From Synechococcales cyanobacterium VAR_4_metabat_354 (GTDB taxonomy: Bacteria; Cyanobacteriota; Cyanobacteriia; Cyanobacteriales; Chamaesiphonaceae), in NCBI GenBank assembly GCA_031414775.1, contig JANOQI010000004.1:1-53176 (forward strand): 53,176 bases of DNA, written 5' to 3'. The notes below the pieces were generated by a model. It saw only the letters and a list, made by a program, of their open reading frames with translations. It made no database searches and had not been told where the DNA came from. Shown here piece after piece: positions 21,140 through 31,634 of this stretch; within the stretch, counting starts at the first letter, position 1; every line of letters starts with the position of its first letter. A program made the translations under genes and the position numbers.

Positions 21140-21185
21140 TTAAAATCCTCAGAGTGAAAAAGTAGAGTCTTAGTTTTGCAACGCA

Positions 21186-23120
21186 TTAACTTCCTGCAAG
21201 AATTCCTTCATACCATAATTCTAATAGCAGCAGCTTATAAAGCATGAATATATGCCTCTTGGACGTTGGGTAATCGTTAATCATTCGACCTAAATAATCC
21301 GAAGAAATAATCTTTAGAGAAACTAATCGCCCTGATGCCAGCTGATCAACATACTTATCTAAAATTGCCCTCATCCATTCATAGAATGGCGGCTGAAACC
21401 CTTGCTTTGGCCGATCCAAGACCTCGTCCGGCACAACGCCTCTTAACGCCGACTTCAGCCACGATTTATATCCTAAGTCATGGTCTGGCATAGCTTTACG
21501 CAGTCCCATCACTAGCTCAATTAGCTGATAGTCAAGGAAAGGTAAGCGCGTTTCCACTGAAGAAGCCATACTTAAGCGATCCCCCAATGGCAAACAGTTT
21601 GAGGCTAACCAGGTATCAAACAATAGTTTACAAACGCGGCTAGGCACATCTTGACAGTCTTTCAAACCATCCTCAAAAGCTTGGTAAGCATTTCGGATCG
21701 GCAACGAATTACTAAATTCTTGAGTGTATAAATTAGCTGTATAACCTACAGCATTTTTAAAATCTGGTGTCATATCGTAGAACACTGCCTGATAAGGATA
21801 GCTTAAGCTGAGATGATAATTACCAAGAGCTTGCCTCAGTAGATTACGTACTCCGGTTGGAACCTTAGGACTAACTACTAGTTTTTTGTACAGTGAATTA
21901 TTAGCAATAAAACTCAGAGCCTCTTCGTATTGCGAAGAACCTTGTGATTGCCTTAAGAGCTGTTGTTTCTGTTCTGAGAGCTTTACCGCATCCGAACACC
22001 AAGAATAGCCCCAAAATACTTCATCTCCACCAATACCACCCAACACGACTTTGACCCCTTTATCTGCCGCTAATTTAGATACTGAGTAGTGTCCATATGA
22101 CGCAATATCAGCAACCGGATCATCGGACATTGATATTAATGTAGGAAAAAAATCGACTAATTCTTCAGTTCTTAACTCAATGTCAAAGAAAGGCAAACCT
22201 AACTTTTGAGCAAGCTTCTCAGCCTTTCGCCGTTCATCAAAGGCTGGATGACCTGGATATCCAACACTAAAAGCTTGCAAGGTATCTCTATATTTAGGGG
22301 CTGCTAACGAAGCAATTCCACCCGAATCAATGCCACCACTTAAAGATACTCCTACCGGCACATCAGAACGTAGTGTTAATCCAATCACCTCATCTAGCTT
22401 CTGACGAATCAGTGTTGTGGGATCGCCTTCAATAGGAGCAATATTTTCTAGACTCCAGTACCGCTGAGGTGCAATTTGGAAATCTTTTGGATTAACAACC
22501 AAGTAATGAGCAGCAGGTAGTTTTTTCACCCCAACCAGAGGAGTATTGGGTTCAGGAACATATTGATAATGCAGGTAAGCATCAACTGCCAAGGAATCAA
22601 GCTCTGGCACTTTTGGTAATAATGACACCAAAGTACGTAATTCCGAAGCAAAGTAAAGGGTTTGATCTTGAACAGAGTAATAGAGGGGCTTCTCGCCAGT
22701 TCGATCGCGCGCTAAGAATAAAGTTTTTCGAACCTTATCCCAAACACCAAAAGCAAACATACCCCGCAACTTTTGTAGACAGTCTGTCCCCCACTCTATG
22801 TAAGCAGCTAAAAGAACCTCTGTATCAGTTTTGCTGATAAACTGATGCCCCAACTTAATTAACTCTTTCCTTAGTTCTAAGTAGTTATATATTTCTCCAT
22901 TGAAGGTAATAGTAAACCTTTGAGATCGATCAACCATTGGTTGATGACCTAATGAACTAAGATCAAGAATAGAAAGACGAGTATGCCCTAGTACAATAGA
23001 ATCTTCCAACCAAATACCTAGATCATCAGGACCACGATGATGCAGGAGCTTTACAGCTTTATCAAACGTAGAGCTTTGTTCAAAAGAAGAATTTGAAACA
23101 ACTCCAATAATTCCACACAT
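21186..23120 (-). CDS. asnB: Asparagine synthase (glutamine-hydrolysing)-type amidotransferase, probably for sugar amidation
   Basis: MCGI, HRGPD, FNGEIYN, LSGGIDS, GGDE, RLPFLD; lies inside the polysaccharide cluster. Confidence 0.92.
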   Translation of the reverse strand: MCGIIGVVSNSSFEQSSTFDKAVKLLHHRGPDDLGIWLEDSIVLGHTRLSILDLSSLGHQPMVDRSQRFTITFNGEIYNYLELRKELIKLGHQFISKTDTEVLLAAYIEWGTDCLQKLRGMFAFGVWDKVRKTLFLARDRTGEKPLYYSVQDQTLYFASELRTLVSLLPKVPELDSLAVDAYLHYQYVPEPNTPLVGVKKLPAAHYLVVNPKDFQIAPQRYWSLENIAPIEGDPTTLIRQKLDEVIGLTLRSDVPVGVSLSGGIDSGGIASLAAPKYRDTLQAFSVGYPGHPAFDERRKAEKLAQKLGLPFFDIELRTEELVDFFPTLISMSDDPVADIASYGHYSVSKLAADKGVKVVLGGIGGDEVFWGYSWCSDAVKLSEQKQQLLRQSQGSSQYEEALSFIANNSLYKKLVVSPKVPTGVRNLLRQALGNYHLSLSYPYQAVFYDMTPDFKNAVGYTANLYTQEFSNSLPIRNAYQAFEDGLKDCQDVPSRVCKLLFDTWLASNCLPLGDRLSMASSVETRLPFLDYQLIELVMGLRKAMPDHDLGYKSWLKSALRGVVPDEVLDRPKQGFQPPFYEWMRAILDKYVDQLASGRLVSLKIISSDYLGRMINDYPTSKRHIFMLYKLLLLELWYEGILAGS

Positions 23121-23387
23121 TACATTCTTACCTTAGTTATACTGCAAAGGAGCGAAACCATATGATAATAGCAATCATCATATTACAAAATAGTTATGAT
23201 TCGTACAAATTTTATCTTGTATTTTCAACACCCATCAATTCCAAGTTTATAGCCTTGCATCCAAGCTTTTTACAATTAACATAAGAAATAATTATCCTAT
23301 TCAATAAGATAATTTCTCGCTATTTCAGAATAGATTACTTTCAAGACTATAGACACAAAAATTATTTTACTGAGATTAATGATTGCA

Positions 23388-24665
23388 TTATGATTTTTCA
23401 AAATGTGCTTCTTGTATTCTTTTATAGATACTCGCATAATCTTTCTTTACCCACAAGTTATTAACCGCAAAAAGAAGGTACCAAAAGGCTGATGCAGCAT
23501 AAATTGCACCAGAAGTTAGTGACATAATGAAAGCTTGAACATAGAGAACACCAACCCAACCCCATGGATCTCGAGATAATGACAGATCCAATGATCTAAT
23601 TAAAACAACTAAACAAATCAGGGTAAATAAGCATCCACCAATTACACCCGTAGATAAAAATGATTCAACAATAATATTGTGCGGATATCCAAATTTTGGA
23701 AGTTCTACACCATAACCAAAAAAGGTATTGTGCCAATTCTCAGAAACTAACTTAAAAGACATTTGAAGGAAATCGCTTCTTTCAACAGCAGACTTGTCAC
23801 CAATAGATGTTAGCCTATCTAAATTGCTACCTTTTCCAACCTGTAATAGTGGCAAGATAAAATCTACCATCACCATACCACCAGCGATAGTAGCTGGCAA
23901 TCCCACATATATGATTTTACTAGCATAAGAAGCAAATATAATCAAAACACAAATCACAGTGGAAATTATTGGTCCTCTAGAAGCTGCCGAAACCAAGAAA
24001 TACAACCCTAATAGAATAGAAGCAAAGCAAATTATTCTAGTGACAAATCCACCAAATATTTCTTTTCCTTGCAGAAGGATATAAGTAGATAATATGATGA
24101 GTGAGCCGCTAAAAGTGCCTAATGAAATCGGATTCAAAGCCTCAGAAGATAATCTTCCCAAAACTGTATAAAAAACACTAGTTTTAAGATAAGAAAGTCT
24201 TGCAAGCATGAAAAGTCCAAAGGTAATTAAAGTACATTGAGCAATATATAAATACTCTTTAGGTCTTTTTAAATCTATCATTAAAAAGCTAAAACTCGGA
24301 ATCCAACAGATCAAAAACAAAAAAGAAAAATAATACTGCTCATCACCAAAAACTAGCTTTCCGTGAACATCATTGAAAAATCTGAAAGAATAAATAACCC
24401 AAAAAATTGCGACCAAAGGAAATATTCTAATAGACTCTCTTGATTTAAAATATGTCTTGCCATCCAAAAATTGGTCAATCACATTTTTCTTTTTTCCAAA
24501 TACTTTAATATATATAAAATAAAGAGAGATAACTAAAACTATCACCCGATAAGGAATCGTTAATAGTTTGGATTTTGCTTGGTCTGTCACAAATATAGCA
24601 ACAAGGCCATAGCCAAACATAATTAAAGAAAATGCAGCAGCATTTAAAAAAACTCTCAATTTCAT
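23388..24665 (-). CDS. O-antigen ligase/Wzy polymerase family membrane protein
   Basis: Multi-TM, AT-rich; SRGP, FFGYG, YPHNIIVE...GVIG. ATG at 24665. Confidence 0.8.
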   Translation of the reverse strand: MKLRVFLNAAAFSLIMFGYGLVAIFVTDQAKSKLLTIPYRVIVLVISLYFIYIKVFGKKKNVIDQFLDGKTYFKSRESIRIFPLVAIFWVIYSFRFFNDVHGKLVFGDEQYYFSFLFLICWIPSFSFLMIDLKRPKEYLYIAQCTLITFGLFMLARLSYLKTSVFYTVLGRLSSEALNPISLGTFSGSLIILSTYILLQGKEIFGGFVTRIICFASILLGLYFLVSAASRGPIISTVICVLIIFASYASKIIYVGLPATIAGGMVMVDFILPLLQVGKGSNLDRLTSIGDKSAVERSDFLQMSFKLVSENWHNTFFGYGVELPKFGYPHNIIVESFLSTGVIGGCLFTLICLVVLIRSLDLSLSRDPWGWVGVLYVQAFIMSLTSGAIYAASAFWYLLFAVNNLWVKKDYASIYKRIQEAHFEKS

Positions 24666-24787
24666 AATACTTTCCAAGCTATTATAGTTGATTATAAAAA
24701 TTGACAATTAAGCTAGATAAATATTTATTCATATCGAAATTGAAAAGCCCTATCATAGCAAACAATTTACAGATAATAGCTGAAATG

Positions 24788-26092
24788 TCAATTACCTAAG
24801 AACACAAGAGACTTTAACTGTACCAAGAATATTTTACGAGTCTTTGGATGTAAAATGTTAGCCAGAAATGCTGAAACTGCCTGAGATATAATAGTTGCTA
24901 TCGCTGCTCCTATTTCATGATAGTAGGGAATTAAAATGAAATTCAACACCACATTCATCATTGCTCCCAGTAAAGTGTTTTGAAAAGATAAGCGATTTAG
25001 TCTTTCGGCGATAAACCAAGGTGCCGTTGCAACGCCCATAAAGACAAATACACCAGCCCAAATGTGGACTGATAAAATCCGCCCAGATTCAATATACTCA
25101 TTACCAAACAAAGTAGTCACAATAAAAGTAGATAAGAAAGTCATCGGTAATGCCACCAGTATAGGTATCAAGGCCATCGTTCGAATCAACTTTTGAATTC
25201 TTTGATAATAAACTTCTTCACTAATCTTTTTCATCGCGTATATCGACGGCGCGATCGAGGACGAAACCACCGTTGGAATAAAATACCAAGCTTCAGAAAT
25301 ACGAGTTGCTGCTGAATAAACCCCTACAGCTTTTTCTCCAATCATTTCTCCCAACATGATTTGATCTATTCGCATGTAAATCATAATCGATAAGCCAGAA
25401 AGAATTAGTGGCCAACTTTCTTGAAGCAGCTTCTTAGCCAAGGATGAGTTCCATTGGAAAAGATTGATGGTATTGCCTTTAAACTTGAATAAAAGAAACA
25501 ATCCTAAAGCACCCAGCACAGATTCTATTAACGTAGCTATTGCAAATGCTATCAGTGGAGATTTACTATAAATTAATGCCAACCTCAGTGCAAAAGCTAA
25601 AATGAAAGCAGTATTTTTAGCAATCACAGTATATTTAGACTGCACCTGAGACTGAAACCAAATATCGATAGTGTCAAATGTTTGAATTACTCCTACCGCA
25701 GCTAGTATCGACACCAGTGAAATAGTAATTGAATCATTATGACGAAATAGATAGATACTACTTACGGATAAAAGTAATGAACTAAGGCCACCTAAAAACT
25801 TCAACCAAAAAACTGTCGGCAGAACTTTTCCCTTAGAAGATACATCATCAACAAGATAACGAATAACGACGGCATCGAGTCCTAGAGTAGCAATCGGTAA
25901 AAACATCGCTACAAATGCAGTAGCATAGTTAAAGGCACCAAATTGTGATGCACCTAGATAGCGAGCTATGAGCAAGGTTACATATAGACCAACCCCCATT
26001 CGCAAAATTTTATCAAGAAATAGCCATCCAATGTTGTTAATCACAACATGTAAGTTAGGTCTGTTTTTGATTTTATCAAAGTAATTTTTCAA
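24788..26092 (-). CDS. wzx: Flippase (Wzx)
   Basis: NIGWLF, ARYLG..FG, IYMRIDQIML, VGVYSAA, LIP...IGAAIAT. Confidence 0.9.
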   Translation of the reverse strand: MKNYFDKIKNRPNLHVVINNIGWLFLDKILRMGVGLYVTLLIARYLGASQFGAFNYATAFVAMFLPIATLGLDAVVIRYLVDDVSSKGKVLPTVFWLKFLGGLSSLLLSVSSIYLFRHNDSITISLVSILAAVGVIQTFDTIDIWFQSQVQSKYTVIAKNTAFILAFALRLALIYSKSPLIAFAIATLIESVLGALGLFLLFKFKGNTINLFQWNSSLAKKLLQESWPLILSGLSIMIYMRIDQIMLGEMIGEKAVGVYSAATRISEAWYFIPTVVSSSIAPSIYAMKKISEEVYYQRIQKLIRTMALIPILVALPMTFLSTFIVTTLFGNEYIESGRILSVHIWAGVFVFMGVATAPWFIAERLNRLSFQNTLLGAMMNVVLNFILIPYYHEIGAAIATIISQAVSAFLANILHPKTRKIFLVQLKSLVFLGN

Positions 26093-26175
26093 TGGTATTC
26101 ATTAAGATATAAAGACTAACTACCCGATATATGGCACTGTTCAGTAGTAGAGGAACTACCATAATGATATTGTCA

Positions 26176-27486
26176 CTACATAGGTATTCTCTTTAATGAA
26201 CTTCCTTGCAGATGATATATTTCTGTGTGCTTACCCTGAATTTCCAGTTTCACAGATCGAGTACCACAATCGGTAGATACCATCATAGTATCTTGCTCAG
26301 ATTGCCAAGGATTAGTTGCCATCATAATCCATTCATTTTTGCTAACCTTAAATTTGCGAACCAGAGGTTGTTGGTCACGCCACAATTCATGAGCTGACCG
26401 CTCTATAATCAACTGAGATTTAGCAATTTTATCAGACAAGTCTGCAACCCGACCAAGACTATTCACGAAAACTGGAAGGTTCCGATAAGGCTGTCCAGTA
26501 GACTTTGGCTCATACCCCCACAATACAATACCTTTAGCGCCAGTAAAAAATGGCAGCACGGCGGCGGCTTCTACCAAATAGTCAGGTAATTCCTGATTTG
26601 CCATCTTCTCATTACTTTCATGATATCTTAACCAAAAGTAAGCATACAAAGGCTTCTTACTAAATTTGCGGCTACGACGATAATTTTCCTCAATATTAGC
26701 AGCTAAGTAATAGATAGAATCAGGCAAGTCATAGAACATATAAACATCGGCAATATAAAAGTCTACATAAGGTTCAATATATTTCCATAATCTTAAATCA
26801 GCTTGGTGTTTCTGCTGTAGTTTTTCTGGTGTTGAAGATTTTACAAAACCCCAATAATCTCGATTAAAAACTTGTGCTCCATAAATTCCTACCGGTTTAT
26901 GAGGATAAAGCTGCTTAGACCATTTACAGGGAAGGGATAGCCAACTAGCATGCTGACGGTAATTTGCTTCAACAAAGTTCTCAAAATTACTTACTTTAGC
27001 AGATTCTCGAACAATTGGATTTGACCATAATTTCTTTAAATCCTGCTCAAAAATTGATTCTATGTCATGAACATAGATGGCACTTCCAGGAGTATGAAAA
27101 TCTCCGCCAGAGCCTGGAACATTAGCATTTCTAATATTTCTCTTAATTATTTTTTCAAAGAAAGGAGGTTTCAACCATGGATTACCATCATTCTTTAGTA
27201 AAAAAGCATCGATATTCTCTTTCTGTTTATTAGGATAATCTACAAAAGTATTTGATAATTGAACACTCTTAAATCCATGCTTCTCAGCTTGATTATAGTT
27301 GAACGGATGATCTCCTACATACACATTCCAAAAAGCCTTTAAATTTCCTTTCATCTTAATACTACGAATTGATGACCATGGAGTATAAATACTCTTTGCC
27401 GGTGATGACTGACAACCAATCCCAAATGCTACTGATGAAAGTAGATAGATAAAATTTCTACGACTGACCGAGAATTTAACTGACAT
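26176..27486 (-). CDS. Tat-signal (lipo)protein, putative glycoside hydrolase with hyaluronidase/GH56-like motifs
   Basis: SRRNFI twin-arginine motif, FGIGC lipobox-like site, then FWNV, YVHDIE, PHKPVGIYG, GAKGIVLWG. Confidence 0.6.
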   Translation of the reverse strand: MSVKFSVSRRNFIYLLSSVAFGIGCQSSPAKSIYTPWSSIRSIKMKGNLKAFWNVYVGDHPFNYNQAEKHGFKSVQLSNTFVDYPNKQKENIDAFLLKNDGNPWLKPPFFEKIIKRNIRNANVPGSGGDFHTPGSAIYVHDIESIFEQDLKKLWSNPIVRESAKVSNFENFVEANYRQHASWLSLPCKWSKQLYPHKPVGIYGAQVFNRDYWGFVKSSTPEKLQQKHQADLRLWKYIEPYVDFYIADVYMFYDLPDSIYYLAANIEENYRRSRKFSKKPLYAYFWLRYHESNEKMANQELPDYLVEAAAVLPFFTGAKGIVLWGYEPKSTGQPYRNLPVFVNSLGRVADLSDKIAKSQLIIERSAHELWRDQQPLVRKFKVSKNEWIMMATNPWQSEQDTMMVSTDCGTRSVKLEIQGKHTEIYHLQGSSLKRIPM

Positions 27487-27631
27487 TTAATTTAGCTCTA
27501 CTCTAAAAAAGATTAACTTGCTAATAGCTTATTAAAGAACGGAGTCTAATTATAACAATGAGCTACAGTTTGTATTAAAAAATACTTTTACTATTTTACT
27601 CTCCAGTCAAATTTGGGCTTCACCCTATTTT

Positions 27632-28234
27632 TTATAACTGTTTCACACTCTCGGCAAACAAAAAATTCACGGCTCCCATCAATTCTTCTAAATCTTCCAA
27701 AACATAATATTTCCGGTTCTTGGTAAACATCTCTTCCTCCAAAACTCCAAATTCCCACAGCTTCCCATTAGAAACTACTCCAAATAGTCTTTTCAGACTA
27801 TCCCCATTGATTTTTTGCGCCGCTAACATCTCTGCCAAACATTGACCCCACCCCTCCTCGAAATTATCCTTCTTTGCTTCCACCAAAATTACATATGGCT
27901 TCTCTAGAATCACCTTCCCTCGGATAGAACGCCGAGCAATAACATAATCTGGAACACCCGATAAATTATCATCATAATTGAGCGGCTGATGACTCCAAAT
28001 CAAAAGATCTTGAATATAAGCACGCCAAACTTCAGTCAAAATAGGAGAAATTATATTCTCACAGATGGCATACTCTGAGTTGAATACAATTCCTTCTTGA
28101 ACAACAGTGTTTAACCGAGAAAAAAAGTATTCATCACCCTGAAAGGCAACACTCTGAACAAAGTCTTGTTCTTGATAAGTCAAAGGAAAGCTTCCTAAGA
28201 CATCTGCAATACTTTTATAGTTTGTGAAAGCCAT
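27632..28234 (-). CDS. Cyanobacterial hypothetical protein with PD-(D/E)xK (HsdR-N-like) motifs
   Basis: NSEYAICE.IISPIL, GVPDY, LVEAKK, GQCLAEM, SNGKLWEFG. Confidence 0.75.
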   Translation of the reverse strand: MAFTNYKSIADVLGSFPLTYQEQDFVQSVAFQGDEYFFSRLNTVVQEGIVFNSEYAICENIISPILTEVWRAYIQDLLIWSHQPLNYDDNLSGVPDYVIARRSIRGKVILEKPYVILVEAKKDNFEEGWGQCLAEMLAAQKINGDSLKRLFGVVSNGKLWEFGVLEEEMFTKNRKYYVLEDLEELMGAVNFLFAESVKQL

Positions 28235-28595
28235 GCCATTACCCAAAACAATTGCAAAGCAATAACTTGTATCTTAATAATGTAATGCTGAAATTCAGGA
28301 CACAACAATCTTTTACTACGACTTTCTTCTACGAAGCTGAGCCATAATCGATCGAAGGTTGCGCGGGAGAGACTGAGATCTACGTGGATCGTCAAAGCCC
28401 AACTCCTTAGAAAAATAGCACTTAAAGGTTAGGGAATAGTTTAAGCCAATTGTCTGAAACACAACATACCACTTAACGAGACAAAAAGAGTATCTTTAAA
28501 CGTTGATGGCTAGCAACGAAACCCTCATTCCGCCACCTTACCGCACTTTGATGATTGTAAGTAAATTGATCCCTGGGGGCACTATGATAGGGCAT

Positions 28596-28727
28596 GGCGC
28601 TACCAGCGCTATATATTCAATTTTTTTGATAATCATGGACAATAGTCCATTAACTTGTAGTAGACAGCTCTGCTAATTCCTGGAAAGAAACGATCTTTTG
28701 CAGGTCAGCAGAGATCGGGGGGACTCA
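28596..28727 (+). promoter_or_regulatory. Structured 5' leader of mgtE
   Basis: Hairpins at 28596-28611 and 28635-28650 (ATGGAC-AATA-GTCCAT), and a long stem at 28668-28713 just before the G-rich SD. Confidence 0.45.
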
Positions 28728-30086
28728 GTGCTAAGTCAAGAAAGCAAGGTGGAGCTAGCCCATATCAGCGACTTGAACCAGCTCAAGGTGGAATTAAACC
28801 AAATTCCGGCTGTTGATGCTGGCGATTATATTGCTGACTTATTGCCGAGCGATCGGGCGATTGCGTTTCGTCTTTTAAACAAAGGTCAGGCGATCGATGT
28901 CTTTGAGTATCTGCCCGCCGAGATTCAAGAAGATTTAATTGAAGATCTGCACAATAGCCAAGTGCGGCACATTATTGAAGAAATGCGCCCAGACGATCGG
29001 GTGGCTTTATTTGATGAGCTACCTGCTGGGGTCGTCAAACGCTTGCTCCAGCAACTCAGTCCTGAAGAACGTCAAGCCACTGCCACCATTCTGGGCTACG
29101 ACGAAGGTACCGCTGGGCGATTGATGACCACGGAATATGTCCGGTTGCGCCAGGGCCTGACAGTGGGCGAAGCCTTGGCTAAAATCCGGCAAAGTGACCA
29201 AGATAAAGAAACCATCTACTATGCTTACGTCACCGATGATAATCGGAAGCTGTTACAGGTGGTTTCGCTCCGGCAATTACTATTTACGCTGCCGGATACT
29301 CTGATCAAAGATGTGGCTAGCGATCGAGTAATTAAAGTCAGTACTGAAACCACTCAAGAATCGATGGCGCGCTTGATGCAGCGTTATGACCTGATTGCCA
29401 TGCCGGTGGTCGATCGAGAAGATCGCTTGGTGGGGATTATCACGATCGATGACGTGGTAGACATCATCGAAGAAGAAGCCACCGAAGACATGCAAAGACT
29501 GGCCGGGGTGGGCAGCGGTGATGAATCAGCGCTATCTACACCTTTAGAGAAGATTCGCAGCCGCTTACCCTGGTTGCTGGCCATGATGGTGCTATACATT
29601 GGGGCATCCAGTTCGATCGCTCCTTTTCAAGCGATCATTACTAAAATCCCAGTGATCGCCGTGATCATGCCGCTGTTTTCCAACACCGGCGGTACCGTTG
29701 GGATTCAGGCTTTAACTGTCACCATTCGTTCCTTGGGGGTTGGGGATGTCAATACCGACGACACCTTAAAGATTCTGCGTCGGGAGCTGATCGCCGGGGT
29801 GGGCATTGCCCTATCGTTGGGATCGATGATGGTGTTAATTGCAGCTGTGCTGTGGACCTCGCCGACGGAGCGCTGGGTGGCCTTTGTCGCAGGAGCGGTG
29901 ATGGCACTTAATACCCTAGCCGCAGTAACATTGGGCACGATGTTACCGATGGCTTTTAAGCGATTAAACCTCGACCCGGCTTTGCTTAGTGGACCATTAG
30001 TTACGACTTTGCTAGATAGTATCGGCTTTATTCTGTTTTTCTCATTGATTACGATTGCCCTAAATGTTTGGCATTTGCCGATCTAG
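28728..30086 (+). CDS. mgtE: Magnesium transporter MgtE
   Basis: TAGRLMTTEY, CBS pair (VGIITIDD), EEATED, RLPWL, GGTVG.Q, DPA..SGP.VTT..D. GTG start at 28728. Confidence 0.95.
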   Translation: MLSQESKVELAHISDLNQLKVELNQIPAVDAGDYIADLLPSDRAIAFRLLNKGQAIDVFEYLPAEIQEDLIEDLHNSQVRHIIEEMRPDDRVALFDELPAGVVKRLLQQLSPEERQATATILGYDEGTAGRLMTTEYVRLRQGLTVGEALAKIRQSDQDKETIYYAYVTDDNRKLLQVVSLRQLLFTLPDTLIKDVASDRVIKVSTETTQESMARLMQRYDLIAMPVVDREDRLVGIITIDDVVDIIEEEATEDMQRLAGVGSGDESALSTPLEKIRSRLPWLLAMMVLYIGASSSIAPFQAIITKIPVIAVIMPLFSNTGGTVGIQALTVTIRSLGVGDVNTDDTLKILRRELIAGVGIALSLGSMMVLIAAVLWTSPTERWVAFVAGAVMALNTLAAVTLGTMLPMAFKRLNLDPALLSGPLVTTLLDSIGFILFFSLITIALNVWHLPI

Positions 30087-30182
30087 GGATTGCTCAAAAG
30101 ATTGACAAGGGGAACTCGATAATCTATGGTTCAAGCGCAGCTAACGCTAACACTGATACCGGACTTCTCTCCGCTCTTGATC

Positions 30183-31166
30183 ATGACTTGGAATCGCCGA
30201 CATATTTTGTCTTTGGCCGACTTTACCACTGCCGAATACGATACCGTGCTGCAAACAGCAGCTAGCTTTGGAGAAGTCATGCTCCGTCCGGTCAAAAAGG
30301 TGCCCTCTTTGCAAGGACAGCTTGTTACCAATCTATTCTTTGAAGCTTCGACCCGCACCCGCAGTAGCTTTGAGCTAGCGGCCAAACGATTGTCGGCGGA
30401 TGTGATGAACTTTGCGGCTTCTACTTCTTCTTTGAGCAAAGGCGAAACCATTTTGGATACGGCCAAAACCTACCTCGCCATGGGTACCGACATCATGGTG
30501 ATCCGTCATCAACAGTCTGGGGTACCGCAGATTATTGCGCAGGAAATGGATCGGCTGGGAGTGAAGGTGGGGGTCTTAAATGCTGGTGATGGCCAACACG
30601 AACATCCTTCGCAGGGTTTGCTCGACCTATTTACGATTTGTTCAGCTTTAGACCCGACAAATCCGCGTACTGAGCTACTGGCCAGTAAAAAAATTGCGAT
30701 TGTGGGAGATATTTTGCATTCGCGGGTCGCCAGGTCGAACATCTGGAGTCTGACGGCTGGTGGGGCAGAGGTGCATTTAGTGGCACCACCTACGCTACTA
30801 CCGAGGGAGTTTGCTGATTTTTGCGAGCATGATCCCCATAGAAAGTTATTCATTCACTGGCAACTAGCGCCAGCGTTGGTAGATGCCGATTTTGTGATGA
30901 CTCTACGCTTACAAAAAGAACGCATGACCCAGCACCTCTTGCCCAGTCTGCATGAATATCATCAGGTCTATGGCATCACCAGAGAGCGATTAGCCCAGTG
31001 CCGCCCAGGAGTGAAGGTGATGCATCCTGGCCCCACTAATCGCGGCGTAGAAATCACTTCGGACTTGATGGACGATCCAGAATTGAGTTTGGTCAGCCAA
31101 CAGGTTACCAATGGGGTAGCGGTGCGGATGGCGCTGCTTTATTTGATGAGCAACGTTAAAAGATGA
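30183..31166 (+). CDS. pyrB: Aspartate carbamoyltransferase catalytic subunit
   Basis: [40 protein letters not shown]. Confidence 0.97.
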   Translation: MTWNRRHILSLADFTTAEYDTVLQTAASFGEVMLRPVKKVPSLQGQLVTNLFFEASTRTRSSFELAAKRLSADVMNFAASTSSLSKGETILDTAKTYLAMGTDIMVIRHQQSGVPQIIAQEMDRLGVKVGVLNAGDGQHEHPSQGLLDLFTICSALDPTNPRTELLASKKIAIVGDILHSRVARSNIWSLTAGGAEVHLVAPPTLLPREFADFCEHDPHRKLFIHWQLAPALVDADFVMTLRLQKERMTQHLLPSLHEYHQVYGITRERLAQCRPGVKVMHPGPTNRGVEITSDLMDDPELSLVSQQVTNGVAVRMALLYLMSNVKR

Positions 31167-31214
31167 CAAAGTCGAACACCACTCCACAGCCAAGATGAGA
31201 TTTATAATCTACTT

Positions 31215-31634
31215 CTAAATGAAGACGCTAGCTGAAATATTGAAAAATTCACCCAATTTCTTGGCCTGAGATTTACTAATTTCTCTTTTACCATTGACGA
31301 TCAAAGACACCAATCCTTTCGACGAACTGAGTACTCCTACTAGATCTACTTGCTTCAGTTCCCTGGCTTCCATCAAATGCTGCAAAAGTTTGTGAGGTGG
31401 GGTTTGAGACCATTCTTTAATTGAGTAGGTTTCTTCTTCATAATCTACAATTAGCTTAACTAAGAGTCTAAACAGAGTCGTTTCTTCAGTTGTGCGAGAA
31501 TGTTTTTTTGAGATCAATCTTTCAGCTACCGCCAAAAACTTTTCGTATTCTTCTTGCGTTTCAATAATTTTGGGGGTGATTTGGTCTTGATTTAACAGAT
31601 CTATATAATTTTCTCGGCTAATAGTAGGTGTCAT
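31215..31634 (-). CDS. higA: HigA-like HTH antitoxin
   Basis: PKIIETQEEYE...LIVDYEE...LQHLMEARELKQVDL...NGKREISKSQAKKLGEFF. Confidence 0.82.
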   Translation of the reverse strand: MTPTISRENYIDLLNQDQITPKIIETQEEYEKFLAVAERLISKKHSRTTEETTLFRLLVKLIVDYEEETYSIKEWSQTPPHKLLQHLMEARELKQVDLVGVLSSSKGLVSLIVNGKREISKSQAKKLGEFFNISASVFI

